Shown here: positions 35,081 through 44,464 of the stretch, piece after piece | Layout: each line of letters opens with the position of its first letter | Position numbering within the stretch: the first letter of the stretch is position 1 | NCBI GenBank assembly: GCA_963788655.1 | Contig: CAWBHS010000104.1 | Location: 1 to 60,513 of the forward strand | Source of the DNA: an uncultured Verrucomicrobiae bacterium | GTDB lineage: Bacteria > Verrucomicrobiota > Verrucomicrobiia > Limisphaerales > JAFGQR01 | Reading direction: 5' to 3' | DNA length: 60,513 nt | The notes under the pieces: model-generated | Told to the model about the DNA's origin: nothing | The model's input: the letters and a program-made list of their open reading frames with translations, nothing else | Database searches by the model: none | Position numbers and translations under genes: made by a program

Positions 35081-35459
35081 GCGGCGGAAGGTACCAGACC
35101 GGCGGCCAGGTTCAAGGTTTTGGCAGAGCGAGACACAAAACGCACGGAACAACAACCGTGGAGAGATGCAAATTCCATGAATTGGCTCGAATTACCAAGT
35201 CTGGACGACCGCCGTTTCTCGCTCCTGACTGCGCCAGTAATCCGTGCTTCCCGCGCTTTTTTTGAACAAAAAAGCAGTCAGGACCATCAAAAGGCCCATA
35301 GTTGGCAGCTCGACATTTGTTGAGCAACCGATTGCCGGCTACGGGGTTAGACCTTTTGTCACTGCGTTGGTAACGACCAATGCGCCCCGCGCAACCGCAC
35401 GAGCACCGGGTGTTCGAGTCTGTTGGCTCAGCAGAGTATTTACGTTGCTTTATTTGATT

Positions 35460-35795
35460 ATGAAAAAAGATCAATATTTTGTGCATTATCGCGATGATGG
35501 TCCCAAGGACGAGGTTCTTGAAGGAGCCAAGTCAGAAGCTTGGAGTTGTCTCTATGTGTTCGATGACTTTGAAGAAGTAGTGGAATGGCAGGAGCAGGAG
35601 TTTCAAAAGCTGGCGCGCCAGCGGGTTCACGCCCGCGTGGAAAATCGATGGTCCACCAAATACAACTTGGACCAGGCCAATTCCGTGATTTTGGTGGAGT
35701 CCGTGCGCCAGAAGCTGCAAAAACGCTTGCGCCCACCAAGAACCTTCCGCCCCGGTACCCGCCAAAAGAAACGATTCGAGACCTCGCTGAAATAG
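35460..35795 (+). CDS. Hypothetical protein
   Basis: ATG after an AT-rich stretch. MKKDQYFVHYRDD... has protein-like composition but no recognised family. Confidence 0.5.
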   Translation: MKKDQYFVHYRDDGPKDEVLEGAKSEAWSCLYVFDDFEEVVEWQEQEFQKLARQRVHARVENRWSTKYNLDQANSVILVESVRQKLQKRLRPPRTFRPGTRQKKRFETSLK

Positions 35796-35998
35796 GAGTC
35801 TCCTGGGGAATTGTTGGTTTACGTCAAGGCCGCTGTGATTGCAGCGGCCTTTTTGAATTCGGCTGCGTTCCTCTGCGAAGCGTTGGAGCAAGCTCCGCCT
35901 GTTCCGCGGGCTACGTTTGATATTACCTGGTTGAAAAACCTTGTGGGCGAGGGAATTATTTCAGACCTAATGAACCGACCTGCCTTCGCGTATCCTTT

Positions 35999-37328
35999 AT
36001 GCAATGCAATCAATTGATTTCCGTCGTCATGGTTTGCTGGCTGGCGACAAACCTTACAGCTCGCGCCGCGGCGAGCGAACCTGCGTCCACTCCGAGCGCC
36101 GCGCCGCCCACGGAGTACATGATCATCGTCACGGGCGAAGAACTGCTGCGTGGGGTGTATCCCGACGGGCACACTTGTTTCCTCACGCGCACGCTGCGTC
36201 CGTTGGGCTGCCGCTGCGTCGGCTCAATGTGCGTGGATGACAATCGCGACGACCTCAAGCGCGCCTTGGGATTTGCCGTCAAGTATGCCCCTTTGGTCAT
36301 CGTAACCGGCGGCCTCGGCCCGACCGCCAACGACATTACCCGCGAGACACTGGCTGACTTCACCGGCATCCCGCTGCGCGAGCAACCGGAGGTGCTGGCC
36401 GAAATGGAACGTCGCTTCCATCAATCAGCGCGACAAACTTCGGGAGAACTTGCGCCGTCAAACCCGGGTGCCGTCCCGCGGCACTTATCTAAGGAACGCC
36501 AATGGAACAGCGGTCGGTTTGGTGTTTGAAATGGCGGCCACGACCATTGTGGCCCTGCCCGGCCCGCCCCGGGAATTGCAGCCGATGGTCACCCAGGAAT
36601 TGGTTTCCTTCTTGAGCGGTCACTACGGCCTGCACGACGTGGGTTGCTCGCTGACCCTGCGGTTTGTCGGCGTAGGCCAATCGCAAATTGATCAAGTGTT
36701 GCGCGACCACGTGCCAATGGACCAGGACGTGTTTGTTTCATCTTTGTTCGAAGGCAGCCGGGTGGACTTCACGTTCGCCCTTCCGGGCAATGGCCCGACC
36801 AACCTCGCCCGGTTAAAACACATTGAAACTCAGTTGCTCGAACATCTGGGCGACTATATTTATGCGGATGACGAAACCACTCTGGAACAAGCCGTGGTGC
36901 GCAAACTGCAAGCCCGCAGCGGTTCGCTGGTGGTGGTGGAAGTCGGCAGCGGAGGCCATCTCGCCAACAACTTGAGTCGGGTGGAACACGTTGCGTCGCT
37001 CCTGGCCGGCGCTTATGTGGCCGCTTCTGAGGCGCAATTGCCAGGATTGCTCAATATTCCCGAGACGCAGTGGTCGGCCTGGAAACCTGGGCGGGAGCGA
37101 ATTCAGGAACTGGGTCGGTGGGCCAAACAAAAGACGGCCAGCGAATGGGCCATCGTCGTGGGGGAAGCTGAGTCACCGACGGCTTCGGGGGCATCACTGT
37201 GGGTGGCTTTCGGCTTGCCGAAAGATCGTTGGGAATTTCAACCAGTGCCCTTCCGGGGCAACAATGAGAGCGCGCAAGCCAATCTGACCACCCAGATTCT
37301 CGACCGCATGCGTCGTTTGCTTCGCTAA
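35999..37328 (+). CDS. CinA-like protein (MoCF domain + degenerate PncC-like domain), frameshift near 36430
   Basis: IVTGEELLRG, VTGGLGPTANDIT, NANGTAVG, ALPGPPRELQPM, YIYADDETTLEQAV. Confidence 0.85.
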
Positions 37329-37336
37329 TGGCTACT

Positions 37337-37649
37337 TCAATTCTTGTCAGCCGCGTTCGCAACCCGACGCAAATAGTCAAACGAATAGATTCCCGTCGCG
37401 TGTCCGTCCGCCCAAACCGGTTGGAGGGCGTAACCACCCACACTGACAATCCGCTGCAATTGGAACGACCGTGGAGATAGGGTCGTTGCCGGGCCCCGTG
37501 TGCAATTGGCCCATCACATCCATCTCGCCCTTACAACCGGCGCAGGGACAGGCCCGGCGCAAAGTTTCGAGTCGGAGGTAGCTTTCCTGGCCGTCATCCC
37601 ATTTGATGGCCAGTTCGTCGCCGAGGATTTGAATGTCCACAGGATTCAT
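37337..37649 (-). CDS. DUF971 / GBBH-like N-terminal domain protein (frameshifted)
   Basis: LAIKWDDG, LRRACPCAGC, then WADGHATGIYSFDYLRR in another frame. Confidence 0.85.
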
Positions 37650-37736
37650 CTTCTTCCGAGTATGCGTGGCGTTGCGCCTGGATGCCACTCGGAATTACCA
37701 AGTGGGCCGCCAACCTTGCGCCCCCAATCCGCCGGT

Positions 37737-37775
37737 CAAAATAATAAGCCCCTCCCCGTTCGCACGGGGAGGGGC
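37737..37775 (-). terminator. Intrinsic terminator of the cytochrome gene
   Basis: Perfect 12-bp stem GCCCCTCCCCGT/ACGGGGAGGGGC followed by TTATTATTTT on the minus strand. Confidence 0.85.
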
Positions 37776-37822
37776 GTTCATGAAGTCTGAGTTACTCAGA
37801 CCCCCCAACCGCCAAGCTAGCG

Positions 37823-40065
37823 CTACTGCGGTAACTCAACCACTCGGAAGTAATTCTGATTTGCACTCCGCGTGGAGAAGAATCGCTGGATCATGCTGCC
37901 ATCTCCGGTGATTGGATCGCCGACATTTTGCCAGCCGCCGTTCATTTCGGTGACGGCTTGAATCTGGTAGGTCGTGCCGGATTGGGAAGCAAACTCGAAC
38001 TCGGCCGCCGTATAGATATGCGCCTGTAGGCCCGGGCTGTCGTCGCCATTGAGCGGATCATTGCCGGCGAGCATTTCTTCCATGTCATTGTAGCCATCGC
38101 TGTCGGAGTCCTTCACGAGCGGGTTGGTGCCCACCACCCATTCAAGGGCGTTGGACACGCCGTCTCCGTCGGCATCACCCGCGCCATTCTGGGCGGTGAT
38201 CGAACCGAAATAACCGATTTCCCATTGATCGGGCAATCCGTCCTGATCCGTGTCGGGACCGTCGGCGGCTTTAAGGTCAGCAATGGAGCCTTTAAGGATC
38301 CCCACCGTGTAGGCGGTGTTGTGAACCCCCATGCTGCCGTCTTCCTCAACAAACAGGTAGTTGTAGGCCGCCTTAAGTTGGGCCGGGGTGAAGTCCTGAG
38401 TAACTTCTTCCATGGTCGGCTGGCCCAAGGGCGGCAGCAACATCGCCACTTCGCGCATCAATCCCTCCACTTCGGTTTGCACCCCTTCGACCACCCCGTT
38501 GCCATCGTAATCGCAACGGACAATGTCGAACGACTGGACCGGACCATGGCACTGCGTGCAAGCGCCGACCAAGTCCACGTCATCGGCCGGATTGTCCGGC
38601 GTTCCGCCATCCCATGAAGGGGTGAAGGTATGACCACCAACCTCGAGGAATCCGGGATCGTTGGCACCGACAGCCTGCATATGACAAGTGACGCATGTAT
38701 CCTGGATGGCAAACTTATGTCCGGAACTGGGAATCGCCTGCCCGTAATCGACAGCATTGGTGCCCATGAGCATGTCCGTTTGCGGACCGTGGTGCGGACC
38801 AAAGTGGCTGTGATAGGCGGTCACATAAGAGGCCGCGTCGCGTCGCGACCGATGGCAGCTCATGCAGAGCCGTCCCATCCCGCCACCTTCCACCACCGTA
38901 TGCGCATTGTTCTCAAGCGTGATTTCGCCTGTGGATCGAATCTGATGCGGATTCGTAGCATCGTGCGGATCATGGCAGGTCACGCAGGTGATCGCCGAAT
39001 ATTCCGTTCGCAGCGTCGTTTTTCCTTCGGCCCGATCAATGAACCCGATGCCACCATGACATTCAGCGCACGACGCGCTTTCTTCGCGCACAGAAATCGC
39101 GTGCCTGGAGTTGGCCCATTCCATCGGTTTGATGTGATGCGTGCCTTCCGAGTGGCACTGCGCGCAGTCGCCCGCGCTGTAACTGACCGAAATCAAATTC
39201 GGATTGCCCCCCACCGTACCATGCTGGCTACCAGGACCATGGCAGTTTTCGCATTGAATATTGGAAAGGTTCTTCAGCTTGTCCGGCATGGCGTCCCAAT
39301 TGCCCGGTTGCAACACCGCCGGAAACGTCCAATTCAACTCGGCTGCCACGTCGTCGAAGCCACCATTGGTGGCTCCTGGCGTGGTGTCATAGCCCAATAA
39401 GTGGCATCCAATGCAGCTCGAACTATAATGGTCTGCTTTTCAGCCCATCAATGGCTTCGGTAAACATGGTGGCGTGACCGGTCTTGGACCAGGGCGTCAC
39501 GGTATCCGGTTGGATCCAAGGGACCGCTATGACAGATCACGCATTGCGGAAACGTCGGGGTGCCACCCAGCGAACCCACACCCACGTAATTGCCGGCGGT
39601 GACCGTATTGGTCAGAAGGATTTCCGAGCCGTCTGGGGTCACGGTGGCCACTGCGGTCACGACGTAGGTTCCCACCATGTCCGGAAGCAAGAGCTGCCGA
39701 CCCGCAAGATCGTAATCCCGTATGTCCGCCGGTTCGAACATGGGGACTTCCTCGCCCAGAGGGCTGGGCATCAGGGCCGCTGAAGATCCGGAAGGCTTGC
39801 TGGCAAGCGTCCATTCCAGGCTGGAAATAGGCGTGCCTTTGACGACCTGCACCTCCAGGTACGCCGGTTGGCCTACGCCCACGTTAAACAAGCCGCCAGA
39901 AGGTTGGGTATCCTCCGGCAGGTTATACTCGGCGATGTCCTCATGTGACAGAGGCCGCGCCGCGATTCTGGCTTCTTGAGCCATTGCGGTTGTCGTACCG
40001 AAAGCGAGCAGGGCTATCGCAGATAACCCCATCGCCATCCTTTTCATTGATCGGGATTCTTTCAT
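37823..40065 (-). CDS. Secreted multiheme c-type cytochrome (~9 CxxCH), frameshifts near 39400-39500
   Basis: Signal peptide. CVICH, CIGCH (in the gap between ORFs), CENCH, CAQCH, CAECH, CVTCH, CMSCH, CVTCH, CTQCH. DxDxDG repeats and a C-terminal YFRV tail. Confidence 0.88.
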
Positions 40066-40246
40066 TGTTTTCGTTTTGCGGTTATTAAAAGCAACATGAG
40101 CGTCATGGTTGATTGCGCAAAGCAAGCCTGCTGCCAGGCAGGCTGGTTTCTGAGGCATCGTGATGTCATTATCGTTCGCATGCGCCACATCGTTTCGGGG
40201 CTCGGGCCGCAAGTTCACCAATTTATGATAAGGGTGTCAACAAAAA

Positions 40247-40288
40247 AGATGATAACAACATCATCTATTATGATAATGATTACCATAA
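40247..40288. promoter_or_regulatory. Two adjacent AT-rich palindromes, one Fur-box-like, upstream of the cytochrome
   Basis: AGATGAT-N6-ATCATCT and TTATGATAAT-G-ATTACCATAA. GATAATGATTACCATAACT matches 14/19 of the classical Fur box. Confidence 0.4.
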
Positions 40289-40329
40289 CTTGCCACCATT
40301 GCAGTGCAAGCTCCGTTGGCTGAGGCGTT

Positions 40330-40720
40330 ATGATCCCACAAAATTGGCCGACCACGCGAACGCAGGTGGTTGAGAAATGGGCCTTTACCTGGTTCGAAGC
40401 GCTGCTCTTCCTGGCCATCACCGCCGCACGCGCGCACTGGTTTCTATCGCTCCCGAAGCTGGCTTGGCGGCACTAAGTCAGTAATAATACGGACTTGTTG
40501 ATGAAGCGACTTCGCCTCGAAGGGAACCATGACGCGACCTTCAAAACAGCGTTCACGGCACTGGAAATTGGCGCGTCAGTTACGGTAGTATCGACCGTGT
40601 CAACGACCGCCTCTTTGTGCGTCTGTGGGCGAAGCCACCAGGAGATAATGTAATAGTGTTGTTTCAGGAATCTACGCGTTATGTGACGGCCCACATCGAT
40701 TGCCATTAATGGATACTGGC
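40330..40720 (+). pseudogene. Possible decayed prepilin-type (H-X9-DG family) gene
   Basis: Short ORF 40330-40476 with AFTWFEALLFLAI (prepilin-like), and a CDG-H-like remnant near 40680. Several stops lie in between. Confidence 0.25.
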
Positions 40721-40765
40721 CGACACCAGAAAGCCGGAGACAAAGGACTGCGTAAGCAGCACCTT

Positions 40766-40876
40766 CTAACCTGGATATTTCACAGCGAGCTTAAAACATG
40801 GACAGCCTGTAGGCCGACGTGCGGAGGCGGAGCATTCGAAGAAGCATCAGGTTCGCCTCCTTACGTCGGAGGCTAC
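40766..40876. repeat. MITE/REP-like element, family B copy 1
   Basis: CTAACCTGGATATTTCACAGC, then GTAGGCCGACGTGCGGAGGCGGA...TTCGCCTCCTTACGTCGGAGGCTAC. Confidence 0.7.
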
Positions 40877-40962
40877 AACGAGAGTGAAAAAGGTGTCTCT
40901 CAACGCGAACGTCGATTGGCTCGCAAAGCCCCCCCAGGCATCCGAGAGAACCGAGCAGTCCT

Positions 40963-42045
40963 TCAGCGTTGAATCCGCGCGGAACCACCCAGGGCAAAGG
41001 CCTTGACCTGTTCGACGGTAGCCATGGTGGTATCACCAGGGAAAGTGGTGAGCAGCGCCCCGTGGGCCCATCCCAGTTTCACCGCTTCCTCCGGCGGTTC
41101 GCCCGCCAACAGACCATAGAAGAAGCCAGACGCGTAACCGTCCCCGCCGCCGACACGATCCAGCACCGGCAATTCGCAGGTGGGCGCGTTATAAGTCTGG
41201 CCGTCAATCCAGGCCACCGCACTCCAACTGTGCCGGTTGGTGGAATGGACTTCACGCAAGGTCGTGGCGACAATTTTAATCTGTGGATGTTTATTAATGA
41301 CCTTGTCGATCATTCCAATGAAAGCGCTGGGATCCAGTTTGGACTTGGCGGCGACTTCGGGTCCCGGAATCCCCAAGCCCAATTGCAGATCTTCCTCGTT
41401 GCCCACAAGGACATCCACGTTCTTCACGATCCGGTCGAGCACTTCCACGGCGCGGTCGTGGCCGCCGGTGATGTTCCAGAGCTTGGCCCGGTAATTCAGG
41501 TCGAAGGACACAATGGCCCCCGCGGCCTTGGCGGCTTGCATGCCCTCGATGATCACTTCCGCCGTCGTCGGGGAAAGCGCGGCAAAGATGCCACCGCTGT
41601 GGAACCACCGCACGCCGCCGGCAAATATGGCTGACCAGTCAAAATCGCCCGGCTGGAGTTGCGCCGCCGCTTCGTTGCAACGGTTGTAAAAGACCACCGG
41701 CGCGCGTACACCTTGTCCGCGATCGCTGTAAACCGTAGCCATGTTCGGACCATTCACGCCGTCGTGTTTGAAATGCTTGTAAAAGGACTTCACTCCCATC
41801 GCCCGCACCCGTTCGGCAATCAGATCGCCAATGGGATAATCGACCATTGCCGTAGCGATGCCCGTCCGCAGCCGAAAACAATCCGCGAGATTGGCGGCGA
41901 CGTTGAATTCGCCACCGCTCACATGGATTTGACAGGCGCTGGCTTTGCGAAACGGAATGATCCCGGGATCAAGACGATGCACCATGGCGCCGAGGGATAC
42001 CAAATCCAACGCGCCGTCCTGACGGATGTTTAAACCATATTTCAT
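40963..42045 (-). CDS. PfkB-family sugar kinase (2-keto-3-deoxygluconate kinase-like)
   Basis: GGEFNVA, SFDLNYR, GNEED, DRVGGGDGYASG. Confidence 0.9.
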   Translation of the reverse strand: MKYGLNIRQDGALDLVSLGAMVHRLDPGIIPFRKASACQIHVSGGEFNVAANLADCFRLRTGIATAMVDYPIGDLIAERVRAMGVKSFYKHFKHDGVNGPNMATVYSDRGQGVRAPVVFYNRCNEAAAQLQPGDFDWSAIFAGGVRWFHSGGIFAALSPTTAEVIIEGMQAAKAAGAIVSFDLNYRAKLWNITGGHDRAVEVLDRIVKNVDVLVGNEEDLQLGLGIPGPEVAAKSKLDPSAFIGMIDKVINKHPQIKIVATTLREVHSTNRHSWSAVAWIDGQTYNAPTCELPVLDRVGGGDGYASGFFYGLLAGEPPEEAVKLGWAHGALLTTFPGDTTMATVEQVKAFALGGSARIQR

Positions 42046-42264
42046 TTTGTTCTTCTTAGATTACCGCTCAAAGTTTCTTGCACGCACCGATCACTGGTCG
42101 AAACAGTTACGGACGTCATTCCCTTTTGCAGTGCCGCACTTCGTTAAAAACGTAGTCCGGCACGGCGGCAGATTAAAAACCAACGGCTGGCGCACACGCA
42201 AGAAGATTGCAAAGCAAGTTCGCGAACGACGTAGATCTTACGACCGCTCTGTGGTCCAGCGACT

Positions 42265-42403
42265 CTAACCCGGATATTTCCTACCCAGGTTAAGCCGATG
42301 ACAGGCGGTAGCCGCCGACGTGAGGAGGCGGAGCAACGAAAGCACCGTCGGGTCCGCCTCCTTACGTCGGCAGTTACGGCGACTGTGAAATGTTCAGGTT
42401 AAG
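42265..42403. repeat. MITE/REP-like element, family B copy 2
   Basis: Outer imperfect IR CTAACCCGGATATTTC / GAAATGTTCAGGTTAAG, enclosing GTAGCCGCCGACGTGAGGAGGCGGA...TCCGCCTCCTTACGTCGGCAGTTAC. Confidence 0.75.
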
Positions 42404-42498
42404 GACCTCCCCCACCCCATAAATGGGATCGTCGCCAGGCTTCGGCAGCGCACCGTCATCTTGAGCGAAAGAGCTTGCCGCACCCGACCAAAGCGCCC

Positions 42499-44449
42499 CT
42501 ACGGTTGAGAACCGTAGAAGAAATCATCGAACAAGGTCACGCTGTCGGCCTTGGTCCAAACACCCACATGACCAAGTTCGACAAAAGCGCGATCCTCAAC
42601 CTCGAACCGGTGTTGACCATCAAAAATGACCTCGAAATGCGAACCGGCGAACTCCACGCGCAACGTGTGCCATTGGTGCGGAGCGACTTTGACCTTCTGG
42701 CCATAGCCACCGCTGCGGCCCACAATATCCAAGGCGCGGCGCTTGCCTTGGTCCACTTTGTACAGCACGACATTGTCTTCCAGCGCATTGGCCCGGCACA
42801 CGTAATAGTTGCGCGCATCCCTGGCCCGCCAGACCACGCCGCCGGATTGATCATTAGTTCCGGCCAAGGGCTTGAACTTGACTTCAACAAAGCCGTCCGT
42901 CAGCGAAGTATCTTCCTTGAGACAGACCGGAAATCCCGGATTGGGAGCCCAACCGGATTGCTTCAAAACCTGGGTTCCACTGGGGGCTGATTCATCCTGC
43001 TCGACCGTCCACTTCGGTTGACCCTGGCCGGTAACCGTGCCCAACCAATGCGCGGGTAACGCACCGGGTTTAACGTCATCAAAGTGAATCGTTTCCGCTC
43101 CGGCGACGCCACTATTCAATCCGGCCGCAGCAGCTTCGATGCGATAAAGGTGCGTCCGCGTCCGCAAGATCAATGCCTGATCGATCACGGCCGGTGAGGC
43201 CATGAATCCGTCGTCAAGACTGTTCGTCCGCCAGCACTTTGAATTCACGACTGGCCGCAATGACGGTGCCTTTGCCTTCTTCGCTGAAACAATAAATCTT
43301 CCCGTCCGCGCAAATTGGCGAGGCCGAGTAATTGCCGCCCACGCGCTCCCGCCACACTTCCTCACCGGTCTGGGCTTCAACGCAACTGGCCACGCCGCCG
43401 TCATCGATCATGAACAGCAAATCGCCGATGAGCAGCAATCCGGGCTTCTTGGGGACGCTGCGCTGTCGTGACCAAACAACCTGGAGTTGGCGTCCGGGAA
43501 CCGCGGCTTCATCCGCGTTGGCATCGGTGACTTCGCCGCGTCGTCCGGGACGAATGGCCAGCACTTCCCCGCGCGACCAACCGGTCAGCGCGAAGACCAG
43601 TCCGTGCCCGACCACGGGCCGGGAACTGGCCGAGTGACTGGTGCGCTCTTCGACGCGCCACAGATCCTGGCCGGTCAATGGATCGTAGGCATACACTGCC
43701 TTGGCACCCTGACTGATGAGCGTGAGTTGTCCCGCCAATTCGGCGACGGTCGGCGTGGAAAACGCCTTGCGGAGATCACCCTCCATTCGGGGTTGGCCGT
43801 TGGCGTCGAGATCCTGGAAATCAATCGAGCGCTCCCGCCGCCAAACTGTTTTGCCGTTATGTTTGTTCAGCGCCACGATGAATTGATGATCGCTGCCGTC
43901 GAAATTCATCAACAGCAAATCCCCAAACAGAATGGGCGACGAACCGGCGCCACGGTAATGGTTGCACACGAAGTCGCGGCGTTCCCACAGCTTTTCTCCC
44001 GTCCGGGTATCCAGACAAGCGGTGCCGGGAGAGCCAAACGTGACATACACCCGACCGGCTTCGATCACTGGAGTCGGCGAGGCATACGAATTGAATTGGT
44101 GGGCCTCCTGGGGGTTCTCCACGTCGAAGAGCTTCAAGTCGTGAATGATCTTGCCGGAGCCGGCATCGACGCAGACGGCGAACAACTGCCGGCCATCCTC
44201 GGTGGCGGTGCTCATCCAGATTTGGTTATCCCAGATCACCGGCGACGACCAAGCGCGTCCGTGAATGGCGGTTTTCCATTTCACGTTCGTCTGCTCGCTC
44301 CAAGTCAGCGGCAAATTGCGCGCCGAAGAACAACCATCGCCATGCGGACCGCGAAATTGCGGCCAGTTTTCGCCCGCGTGTGCCAGGCTGCCCATCCCAA
44401 TCACCGCCGCAACCATCAGACTGCGGCCCCACCATCGAATAAGTTTCAT
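42499..44449 (-). CDS. PQQ-like beta-propeller protein fused to a ConA-like/DUF1080-type domain (frameshift near 43225)
   Basis: NWPQFRGP, WSSPVI, ASPTP and YSASP propeller motifs continue into MASPAV...LYRI and then a lectin-like domain with no intervening stop. Confidence 0.8.
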
Positions 44450-44464
44450 TCGTCCAACCACCAC

